Shown one piece after another: positions 12,392 through 23,000 of a DNA stretch of 64,000 nucleotides. Numbering within the stretch: the stretch's first letter is position 1; every line of letters starts with the position of its first letter. The notes beneath the pieces were generated by a model. It made no database searches, had not been told where the DNA came from, and saw nothing but the letters and a program-made list of their open reading frames with translations. A program made the translations under genes and the position numbers. The DNA is from Flectonema sp. DT1601 (lineage: Eukaryota). The stretch spans positions 1,550,001-1,614,000 of the forward strand of contig OZ025783.1 of NCBI GenBank assembly GCA_964019425.1. The letters run 5' to 3'.

Positions 12392-13540
12392 TCAGGGGCA
12401 GAACCTCAGCTCTGTTGAAAAAGCACTGCTGCTGTCTATCTGTTTAGCGATAACAGTATTGTGACGTAATTCTCTCCCGTTTCCAACTTTTTTTTTTTCC
12501 CTCTCTGTTTTTTTATTTTATTTTTTATATTTATCTTCTGCGTCAGCGAAGGGCCGTTTTTTTTGTTTCTTTTTTTTTTTATTTTTTATTTTTTTATAGG
12601 TTTTTTTATCTTTTCCCCATTTTATTTTTTTTAGATTACCGGACCGCCTTGATCCGTTGTCTTTTGTGGTCCCCCTGGTTAACGAACCACATAACAAGAA
12701 ATAGTTTGTACGTAGCAAAGTACGCCTCCTCAGCTACGATCGAAGGCGAGAATTGGACCGCCCCGAAAAAGCTGCATAAAAATATAATATTACGGCAAAA
12801 AAAAAAAAAAATAATAATAATAATTAACCCCCTCTCGGCAATTGTGAATTTTTTTTTTTTTTTTTTTTGAAAGTGATTACCGACACGCAGTTCTTCTAAT
12901 TTACTTTAATTTTTCAGCCTCCTAAGTCTTTTTTAATATTAGTGTTTTGTGCTTCGAGGATATCTGCCTAGCTAAGCATTCTCAGTGAAGTTACTTTATA
13001 TTTAATAATCTTCTTTTTTATATGTTAGCAGTAAATACCACAGACACCGCAGTATGCGTGTCTCTGGTATTATCAAACCGCGTTGGTTGCGATTGACTGC
13101 TGCTATGTGCATGCCAAATTAACTTTTTTCTTTACACAAAATAAATAATTCGCACAGTCTCTTGAAAGTAAATAAGTAATTAGGCAAACCGTTATTAAAA
13201 TGGAGGGGGGCCTGGGAAGCAAATGATCGGAGTTTGGGGGGGTCAAGAGAACCCATCCCAAGAAAAGAAAAAAAAAAAAAACAGAACGAACAAAGAAAAC
13301 GAAATTATGAAAAAAGCGGTCTCTAAAAAACAGAAAAACAAGTTTAGGAAGGATGAAAAAAAAAAAAGAAAATGAAAAAAAAAAAAAAAAAAAGAAGCGA
13401 ACAAAGCAAGGCAAGTTGCAGTCACTGAAAGTAACTTCTGATTTGATCAAAACTTCACTTTCTTCAGCAACACAAGTCCGAATACATGAGATAGTAACAA
13501 ACAAACAGTCCAGTATTGATAACAGGCAACGTGACTTGAT

Positions 13541-15742
13541 ATGGCTTCAATCAAAGTTATATCAGCGCAACTAAAGGAAGACGGAAAATATAAAGTCACT
13601 GTTTCAAGTGGAGGTGAGAATTATGCATCGAATGAGGCTGCTGGAGCTGAACCAACATGGGGTGAGAAGTTCAGCTTTAAGGAAGTTGGAAAAATAGATA
13701 TTTCCGTAACAAATGCTGGTAAGTCAGTAGGAAAAGGATCTGTAACACCAGGTGATGGTAATCAAGATCACGATGTTTCTCTCGAAGGGGGAGGAAAACT
13801 AAAAGTAACAACAACCGTTGGAGTTGCTGCAGACTCCGCAGACAAAGACAAGAAAGCAAACGAACCAAAAGCAGTTGGTGCAGGAGAAGGTGGAGAAGAA
13901 AAGGCCGAAGACACTATTCTCGATGATGTTCACGGTAAGGCTCTCCTCATTGGAGTTAATTATGTTGGGCAAGAACAAGTTGAATTGGACTCTGCGGTTT
14001 CTAGCGTTCATGCTTTAAAGAGCTCACTAAGAATAGAAGGTTTTGAGGGACCTATTCGCCTTCTGGCTGACGACGGATATATTGACGGCATGCCTACCCG
14101 TCACAACATCGAAGATGGTTTGAGTTGGATCCTCGATGGAATCCGCAGCGGTGATGGAATTATTTTATATTTTTCAGGCCGACTACGCAGAGAAGCAAAC
14201 GGCAGTATTGGTCTCTGTCCTGCTGATCATCAACAGTTCGGAACTATTAACAGTAAAGAGATTATTTCAAAGATTCAATGGAAGCTACCACAAGCGTCGA
14301 GATGCTTAATATTAATTGATGCCCCTGGTGGTGGAAGTATATCACCTCCTCATCAACCATTGTTGCCTTTTAGGGTTTCGTTTCCGGAGTCAGATTTGGC
14401 AAACTACAGTCCTCCACCACCACCTGACTCTATACCAACGTCGGGGGATGTTGTTGTGATTTCAGCATCTTCGGTGCCTGATGCAGAGATGTCTGCAGGT
14501 GATCTTGGTGCGGCTATCAAATCCGCGTTTCAAGTATTGAGAGGTACTGCGGAAACTCCTCTCGATGAAGCAGGTCGACTATTCAAAAAACGAGTCTCAT
14601 CTCGTTTCCCAAACCTTCTGGACCCCCTCCTCAGTGGTGATGGTGGTGGATACGTCTCTCAAGACTTCGCTGCTTGGATTGAAAAACCAATTCAAGATCT
14701 TCAGGCAGAATTGCAAGCATTCGGAATCGCCGCACAGAGAGCTGGTCCCCTTCAGAATATTGCACAGCAAATCTTTCGTGATAAACCTGAACTGATCTCA
14801 ACTAAATCACCTCCATCACTCCTCTCGTTAATTACGAATATACAACAAGCGTATTCAACTCAAGGAGTTTCAGTAGTCTGTGAGAGTGACAATCGTATTG
14901 ATCAGGAGTCTCCATTTCTACCAGCTGCGGGATGGAGTGATTCAGTAAAAAATATTGACGAAGGATCAATACCAAGAATGACTCCAGGAAGTCATGGTCA
15001 TCCTGGGTCAACTCCACAAACAGATCATGCGAGTAAATCACATCATCATCAGTCTTCGGGAGCTTGGCAGTCATTTGTTGGGTACATCAGTACTGGTGGT
15101 GATATTCTTGGATCACCTCGTCTGATGACGACTCAAGATGCAGTAGCATTAGCGAGGAGGTATCCAGAGTGTAAGGGGTTTAGTTTTAGAGGACAAACAC
15201 CAAATCCGATGGAAAAAGTTTGGGTTTATTTTAAAGATAAATGGGATCTTCATGGTTCCGGTTGGACGTCATTCAAAAGCCCAGACGCACTAATGGCAGC
15301 CGAATACCCACAACAGCAACTCCGCTACGACAGCTACTCTCCTGGGCGGCTTCGGACTGCTAACGGTATTGATCCATGGCATCGACAGCGATTAGCTAAC
15401 TTTTATAACCACTACAACCCATCAAAACTTCCCTCTGTTGTTGTCACACTTCTTGAGTATAGAGGACACGAAGACACCTTATTCAACACACTAATGCAGA
15501 AATACGGACCAGAGCCTCCAGACAGTATGTCTTTTACTTGGTAGTTAAATAAACGATCTTCAACCGATAACAATTAACAATTAAAAAAAAAAAAAAAAAA
15601 AAAAACAGTAATGTCTCAGCCGTTGGCTGAAGGATGGCGATTAGTTGAATCACCACAGGGAGATTTATTTTATAAACATGCTGATGGAAGGAAGCAATGG
15701 GAAAGGCCTTATGGTACACCTTACACAGGTTACTCTGGTTAG
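13541..15742 (+). CDS. C2-like + catalytically dead metacaspase (C14) + PAN-like + KYGPEP motif + WW domain protein (exons 13541-15524, 15609-15742)
   Basis: GKALLIGVNY, PTRHNI...L.W, YFSG, LCPADH match the metacaspase p20 fold. Splicing intron 15525-15608 adds LAEGWRLVESPQGDLFYKHADGRKQWERP (WW domain). Confidence 0.85.
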
Positions 15743-16303
15743 AATTGACCCTCCTATACATTCGCATTATTTCGCTTTGAGTACTTTGAGAAAGTAGGTT
15801 TTTTTTTTTTTTATTCTAATATAATATTATTTTTTTTTTTACTGCGTTGCAAAGTTAGTACAATATTTACTTGTTGTTCAGTGTGTGTGTGGGGGACATG
15901 ATGTGAGTGTTCTTTGACTTCCCTGTTACATCAGGTGAGAGGGTAGCTCTTTGCTACAGGAACAACGTATTTGAAGCAAACACAAACAAACAAAAAAAAA
16001 AAAAAAAAAAAAGGATCCCATCCTTCATTTGTTAGTAGTTTTCCGAAGTCCAGCTAATTTTTTCAGCCGTGCTCGTTTTTTTTTTTTTTTTTTTTTTTTG
16101 TAAAGTTTTCCCCCCTTCGACTATCCATTGAGGTCCTGTATTCTTGTTTTCAGATAGCTGTGGGTGAAGAAGGAACAATTATCTATTATGCTTATTTCAT
16201 AGTCTTAATAAGAATATGAAAGTAGCTGAGTTTGCTTGACCCTTCATCAGATCTTTAGCTTAACATTCAACCTCATTTCACGGCAGTTTTTGCAACTACT
16301 AAA

Positions 16304-17479
16304 ATGATGCGCTCTGTCAGTTTGTTTGTGTGTGCTTCACTTATCAGTTTGAGCAGTGCTAAAGTAGAAATCTATAGAGGATGGAAGAGAACAAATGATA
16401 TCTTCTGGAGGCCTGCAGAACTTCTTGATGGAACTACTTCACACCTCGGACAGGTTGAGTACGTTGACATCCCGGCATTCGCAACTGACTACAACATGTT
16501 GAAGACCGACTTGGCAATCACCGACTCGGGAGCAAACTTCAAAGCGAGGTGCACTGACGAGGGAAGTAAAGGTGACTGCTTCTTGTTCTACAGTTTGGGA
16601 GAGCAGGAGCCGATGGTGTACAAAACCGAGTTGGTGTCGCAAGGATTCAAAGAAGGTGAGTGCGCTCCGAGAGCGAAGGACATCTGGAGCGACAGCTACT
16701 CGTCGATGACTACGTTCTTCCGTCGCATTCCGTTGGGACAGAAAGTGGAATTCTCGATTATGAACTTCTGGGACCCGCTCTTGCAGGCCGTTGTCTTCAA
16801 CCACCAGGACGAGTCGGAGTGGGTGTGCCACGGAAAGCAGTCGAGTGAGTGTGAAAACGGTCTGTACGCTGCTGGCCACAAGTTTGCGGGAGCTTCCCTC
16901 TGTGTCTGGGACAGCACTGGGTGCGAAAGAAACTGGTGCCCGAGCCCTGTTCCGGTCACCCCAGCGGTTCTGACCATCTTCCTGAACGGAGCTGCTGTTT
17001 CGGGAGTAGCAGTTGCGGGGGCGGATTCGCTGGAGCTGAACGGGGCTGCGTTGGTGATGCCGCTGAGAGACTTTCTTCAGCCGACGTTCTTCCACGGGAT
17101 GAGCTCCGGCGTGCAGACAGCGGATGAGTTGAAAATAGTTTGCCCTGCTGGGCCAGTGAACTGCCTGTTCTACATCATTACCTACCACTGCCCTCCGTTC
17201 TCGACGAACGCAAACGGAGGTATCCCGTCGTTGGTTGCGAAAAAGTGGGAGGCGCGCAGCTTCGGTCCGAACTTCTACCCGTCGGGAAACAGCGACATGC
17301 AGCCGACGATTATCTTCAGGAAGGAAGTTGAAGCTGGTGACTTTGAGTTGGTGACGTTTGACCGACCGGGTACGTACGTTGCCATCTTCTCTCAGACCCT
17401 CCCTGGAATGGACTGGGACGATGTGAAGGCACCGTTCTCGGGACCTTTTACAGCCAAAGTTTGCAAACCTATCCAGTGA
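16304..17479 (+). CDS. Secreted hypothetical protein with two internally related Cys-containing domains
   Basis: 391-aa ORF with signal peptide. The halves share a pattern (C....DCFLFY...GF....CAPR...M..FFR / C....NCLFY...W....FGPNF...MQP..IFRK). GC-rich coding core. Confidence 0.75.
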   Translation: MMRSVSLFVCASLISLSSAKVEIYRGWKRTNDIFWRPAELLDGTTSHLGQVEYVDIPAFATDYNMLKTDLAITDSGANFKARCTDEGSKGDCFLFYSLGEQEPMVYKTELVSQGFKEGECAPRAKDIWSDSYSSMTTFFRRIPLGQKVEFSIMNFWDPLLQAVVFNHQDESEWVCHGKQSSECENGLYAAGHKFAGASLCVWDSTGCERNWCPSPVPVTPAVLTIFLNGAAVSGVAVAGADSLELNGAALVMPLRDFLQPTFFHGMSSGVQTADELKIVCPAGPVNCLFYIITYHCPPFSTNANGGIPSLVAKKWEARSFGPNFYPSGNSDMQPTIIFRKEVEAGDFELVTFDRPGTYVAIFSQTLPGMDWDDVKAPFSGPFTAKVCKPIQ

Positions 17480-18218
17480 GTTGGTTTTGATGAACTTTTG
17501 ACCGTGCGACGGAAATAATAATATTTTGATCTAATTAATACGACTCGGCGTTGACACAATACTGGAACACGGAACAGTCACGCTGAAGACATATTTCTTT
17601 TTATTTTTATTTTTTTAGTTCAAATGCCTCAAAGCTGAGGATCCATCATAACTAGCAGCCGTTGACGGCGGATGGAATCCTCGCTTTTGAAAACATCTAT
17701 CGGTGAGCTGTCGATTATTCGCCTACCTCGCTGTTTTAGATGTGTGGCGAGAGTCTCCCTTTTACACTCATATTGAAATGAACTTCTTGAACAACATAGA
17801 AACCCCTGTACGAAAACAGTGAAATCTGTTATAATGTTGGTAGTGCCCAACATGCCTTTTTAACTTTGACTGACAACCGTTTTCCAGACAGCAGTCTCTT
17901 GTTTTTCTTTCCAGTTGCTTGACGTTGCTAAATGGGATGCTTTTACTCCTCTTAGGGAGATGAAGTAATCTCACTGCAATAGGTACCTGACTCCCTCTCC
18001 ATTACATTGACTCAACTAGAAAAAGACACAGTCCGATCCATGACAGCGTTCTACAGTCATATTCTATCCCGATAAGAACCTACAGGTGAGACTTGTCCCT
18101 TTTATCAATTGGGGGACAAAGTTGTCTAGTTAATTCAATGTTTTAGTCTATTCAGTGTGAGGTGTAATCAAGTGTTTGGAGTTCTAACCAGGTTTATAAA
18201 AAAAAAAAAAATAAAAAA

Positions 18219-19682
18219 ATGATGAAGAACAGATTAATGCAGCAATATCTAGGAAATAGAAAAAGGTTTTGTCAGTTTAGTGGAAGACGTTATTCGACAG
18301 ATCGATTTGATGTTAATTTTGCATCGATGTGGGACACAAGTGATCACAAAAAGCTTTCTGAAGTAAGAGAAACACTATTCGGATATGGTGACACCGCAAT
18401 GACATTCAAAGATGGCGTTGATATAATAAAAGATCAATTTACTGAACTCGGTGAGTTTGAAGGAATGCCACACGTTGTTGGTGTTCATCCACTAATCCAA
18501 AAAATCACAGAAATTGACGGCCTCAGACAAGTAATTAGTATGCAAGGAAGTCTCATCTTCAAATGGTACGAGTCATCCCTGGAGAACGAACCCCAACTAA
18601 AAAACATTCCTGTAACAAAGGCCAGAGTTCCTTGCTTTCCAAAACTCTCAACAGCTATAAATCAGTCGGTAGAGCCTCCTTTATTTGTTACTCACATGAG
18701 ACTTCCAAGTGATCAACCAGGCATTGTAACAGCGACATATAAATGGAAGGCTGAAATCGAAGCACCTTTTAACTATCGCAAGTTTCCTTTTGATAAACAA
18801 GCTCCTGAATTGGTGTTTTGGTTTAGAGAAGCAAACATTACTTCACAACCAGACTACGCGAGATATTTCATTCCTTATGACTGCACTGAACAAGACGGAG
18901 GTACAGGAGTCTGCATCTTACCACCAACCAGTATTGCAGCAGAATGGAAATTATTTCAACCTATTTGTTTCTCATGGACACGCACTGCGTGGGGGTCCAC
19001 AAATCAAGTTGAAGTCCAAGGCATTAAACTGGAAATACCTCTTGTGAGAAAGAGTGGGTTTTATGTTAACCTGATGACAATACAATTAGATTTAGCAGTT
19101 CTCTCCCTCTGCTGCTTAGTTGCATTTCCTATTGGAGAATTCGCAACAAGAATTTCAGCGACTTTTTCTCTCCTAGTGGCTCTCATCGCTTTTAAATTCT
19201 CAGTGGGAGAAAAATTGCCGAAAGTTGCGTACACTACTTGGTTTGATATTTACTTTTACCTAGTGTTTCATTTTTTGTGTTTTATGGCAATGTACTTTAC
19301 TGCTCTAAAGTTGTACAAAGACTACTACGATTCATTGCAAGATTCAAAGGTTATATGTGATAAAGACTCTAAGGAAAACAACGAAAAGGATGAAAACTCG
19401 ACCAACGAAAAGGATGAAAACTCGACCAACGAAAAGGATCAAAACTCGACCAAATCATACTTACCAGAACCTGAGTATTTAAACACAACTGGTGCCTACG
19501 TGATATGCGCTGCCTGGATAGCTGCAAATATAGTTTTCCGTCTGCATGCAAGAAACGGCCAACGTGCATTGGAGGCTGCTCTAGGGAAGGAGATCTTGCC
19601 GATGCATTTAATAAAGACAAGGTTTAGTAGAAACAAACAACAGAAAAAAGGGCTAAGCTTCATGGGTATTGGAAAGAACTAA
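18219..19682 (+). CDS. Cys-less (Pro-loop) pentameric ligand-gated ion channel-like protein
   Basis: FNYRKFPFDKQ Pro-loop, pre-M1 RKSGFY, M2 RISATFSLLVALIAFK, M2-M3 loop LPKVAYTTWFD, and a fourth hydrophobic helix near the C-terminus. Confidence 0.85.
   Translation: MMKNRLMQQYLGNRKRFCQFSGRRYSTDRFDVNFASMWDTSDHKKLSEVRETLFGYGDTAMTFKDGVDIIKDQFTELGEFEGMPHVVGVHPLIQKITEIDGLRQVISMQGSLIFKWYESSLENEPQLKNIPVTKARVPCFPKLSTAINQSVEPPLFVTHMRLPSDQPGIVTATYKWKAEIEAPFNYRKFPFDKQAPELVFWFREANITSQPDYARYFIPYDCTEQDGGTGVCILPPTSIAAEWKLFQPICFSWTRTAWGSTNQVEVQGIKLEIPLVRKSGFYVNLMTIQLDLAVLSLCCLVAFPIGEFATRISATFSLLVALIAFKFSVGEKLPKVAYTTWFDIYFYLVFHFLCFMAMYFTALKLYKDYYDSLQDSKVICDKDSKENNEKDENSTNEKDENSTNEKDQNSTKSYLPEPEYLNTTGAYVICAAWIAANIVFRLHARNGQRALEAALGKEILPMHLIKTRFSRNKQQKKGLSFMGIGKN
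19380..19451 (+). repeat. 24-bp coding tandem repeat x3 (NEKDENST) in the channel M3-M4 loop
   Basis: aacgaaaaggat(g/c)aaaactcgacc repeated three times. Confidence 0.95.
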
Positions 19683-20096
19683 TGACATTATAAGATTTTT
19701 TAGATTGCTTCGCACACTAAGTTGAGCGAAAAAATACTCTCCTACTAACTGAACGAACGAGTTCAAAAAGGAGGGGGGGAAATACCTTCTTATATTAATT
19801 GAAAAATGTTACCTCTCTTTATTTTATTTTTTCTTGACAAGAATTGATTTTCGTTCTAACCTGATAATTCTTTTTTTTTTATATGTTAGTAATGATTACC
19901 AAACAACAGTTTGTTATAACGTTACTTATGAAATAAATAAATAAAAACCTCAAAAAAAAACGAATTAGATTCCTTTTTTTTTTTTTTTTTTTTAAAGATT
20001 TTATTTTCATTTGACAGATAACTCTTGATGGACTTGCAGCATATTTCTACGAGAACCTTGAATGACTAATTATATACCAAATCCGTAACAGAGACT

Positions 20097-23000
20097 ATGA
20101 CAAAATGGACATACGACATGTGGAGGGTAGTGTTTCTTCTATCTTTTGTTATTTTAATAAATGCTCAAAACCCTATTGATTGTATGATGACCAATAACCT
20201 TGTTTTCCAAAGTGGAGAAACTACAGTTTCTTGCACTGGAACTCTTTGTCAAAACTGCAACATAATGTGCCATGCTTCCACTCCTTGCACGGTAAACTGT
20301 GATAGTGACAACTCTTGCCAAGGAATAACAATGCACTGCAGTGACACAGCAGCCTGTACACTCAATTGCCCAAGATCGGAGTCGTGTAGAAGTGCCACAC
20401 TTCATCAAGGTGGTAGTGGAACAACAACCGTGACGTGCGGTATCCAAAACGCCTGCACACCTTCCTTTCAAATACTCGAGAGTGTGACCTATACCACTAC
20501 CGGATCTTTAACAGTTGGCTGTACTCATGATACAAGTTGTTTTGGCATGGCAGTTACGTGTCCACAAACTGGTAGCTGCGGCATTACCTGCGGAGCTCAA
20601 AATTCCTGTAATGGAATAGTTCAAAGTGCTAATGACAACGGCGGGTTGCTTACATTAGATTGCAATAATGCTGACAGTTGCGCAAATGGCGTTTTTACAT
20701 GTGCTAGAAATGGTAACTGCAATATAAACTGCAACGCAGCCTCAGCATGCTTCCCAGCGACTATCACCTGCCCTGAATCAGGCAACTGCATGATTGATTG
20801 TAACAACGCAAATTCTTGTGGTGGCGGCGGGGATACCACGACAATTGCTACAAGCGGATCTGGTGGTGGAACCGTTACGTTGACTTGCGATACTACCAAT
20901 GCATGTCAGCGAATGAGTGGCACGTTTTCAACAATATCCACAGTAACAGTAACTTGCTCGACCAATGCATGCACGGACGCTTCCTTTAACTGTGCAACAG
21001 TTACTGATTCATGCGTAGTAACATGTTCACAGAATGGTTGTAGCAGTCTTACAATGGATTGCCCAGCATCATCTATTCCAAACGGCTGCCAGTTAAATTG
21101 CCCGAATACTAATTCTTGTACTGCTGTGGATACACCACTAACTGGTCTTTTTGAACCAATTTTGTGCGCGTCAGGAGCTTGCAGCACTAGTGTACTAAGT
21201 AATCCGGGTGCTTTAACGGAGGTCTCAGCGGGTAGCTGCCCAATCACCTTCCCAAGTACGGTTGGGGGACAACTTACATGTACCGGAACTGATTGTCAGA
21301 ATTGCGTAATCACATGTGATGATACTCATCCGTGTAATATTATTTGTTCAGATGCTCAAAGTTGTACTGGCTTACGAGTTATATGTGGAGATAGTTCTGA
21401 CTGCAACATAAGGTGTTCAAATACAGACGCTTGTATGGGAGCAACCATCGAACAAGGTGGAACTGGAGCTACGCATGTTCACTGTTCTGCTGCCAATGCG
21501 TGCAACGGTGCAATGCAGATAACAAGAACTGTAACCCACTCAAGTTCAACTGGGAGTTTAACTGTTGATTGTTCTGCTCCGAGTGCGTGTGTTGGTATTC
21601 TTGCAGTAACCTGCCCCCTTAACGCGGATTGCACAATCAATTGCCTCACGTCTTTGTCGTGCAGCGCACTATCACTACCCTCAGTAGCGCCCCACACTGG
21701 TTCTTTAATTTTGAACTGTGACGGTCCTAACAGTTGTCAAAACAGTGCGATAACTTGTAATTCAGCAACTTGTAATATGAACTGCGGAGGAATTCGATCT
21801 TGTTTTCCTGGTTCATCGTTCACTTGTCCAGTAACTGGAGCTTGTACGATTGCTTGCACAGGTATTGAATCATGCGGAGCAGACTCTGGTGCTGTTGTTG
21901 ATGTCACTAAAAGACCGGGAACAACCGGAACGTTAACACTCACCTGTACCGCGAATAAAGCATGCAGAAGGATGACAGCTAGTTGCCCCGAAAAACCAGG
22001 TACTTGTAACGTCCAATGCAGTGAGCAGCAGTCATGCTCAGCAATGACGTTGAATGGAGCCACAGATGGAGGGGCGTTGACGCAGTTGTGCACAGGAGAG
22101 AATAGCTGTGAAGCAATGACTAGTGAGTGTCCAGTTGATGACACATGCGTTATCACTTGCTCCAACACTAGATCTTGTTTCCCTGATACGTCGTTCACTT
22201 GTCCAAGAAATTATGATTGTCCGATTGAATGCTCAGGTATTGAATCATGCGGAGGAAGCGCTGCTGCTGGTGCTGGTGTTGTTGTCACTAAAAGACCGGG
22301 AACATTCGGAACGTTAACACTCACCTGTACCGCGAATAAAGCATGCAGAAGGATGACAGCGACTTGCCCCGAAAAACCAGGTACTTGTAACGTCCAATGC
22401 AGCGAGCAGCAGTCATGCTCAGCAATGACGTTGAATGGAGCCACAGATGGAGGGGCGTTGACGCAGTTGTGCACAGGAGAGAATAGCTGTGAAGTAATGA
22501 CTAGTGAGTGTCCAGTTGATGACACGTGCGTTATCACTTGCTCCAACACTAGATCTTGTTTCCCTGATACGTCGTTCACTTGTCCAAGAAATTATGATTG
22601 TCCGATTGAATGCTCAGGTATTGAATCATGCGGAGGAAGCGCTTCTGCTGGTGCTGGTGTTGTTGTCACTAAAAGACCGGGAACATTCGGAACGTTAACA
22701 CTCACCTGTACCGCGAATAAAGCATGCAGAAGGATGACAGCGACTTGCCCCGAAAAACCAGGTACTTGTAACGTCCAATGCAGCGAGCAGCAGTCATGCT
22801 CAGCAATGACGTTGAATGGAGCCACAGATGGAGGGGCGTTGACGCAGTTGTGCACAGGAGAGAATAGCTGTGAAGTAATGACTAGTGAGTGTCCAGTTGA
22901 TGACACGTGCGTTATCACTTGCTCCAACACTAGATCTTGTTTCCCTGATACGTCGTTCACTTGTCCAAGAAATTATGATTGTCCGATTGAATGCTCAGGT

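Noticed and set aside
12518..13574. Poly-Phe/poly-Lys ORFs (also 31142-32242, 34305-34891, 46139-46808)
   Set aside because: Translations of T/A homopolymer tracts.
17629..18130. Minus-strand short ORFs and a small hairpin (ttgtccc...gggacaa) as a transposon remnant
   Set aside because: No transposase/RT motif, terminal repeats or target-site duplication identifiable.
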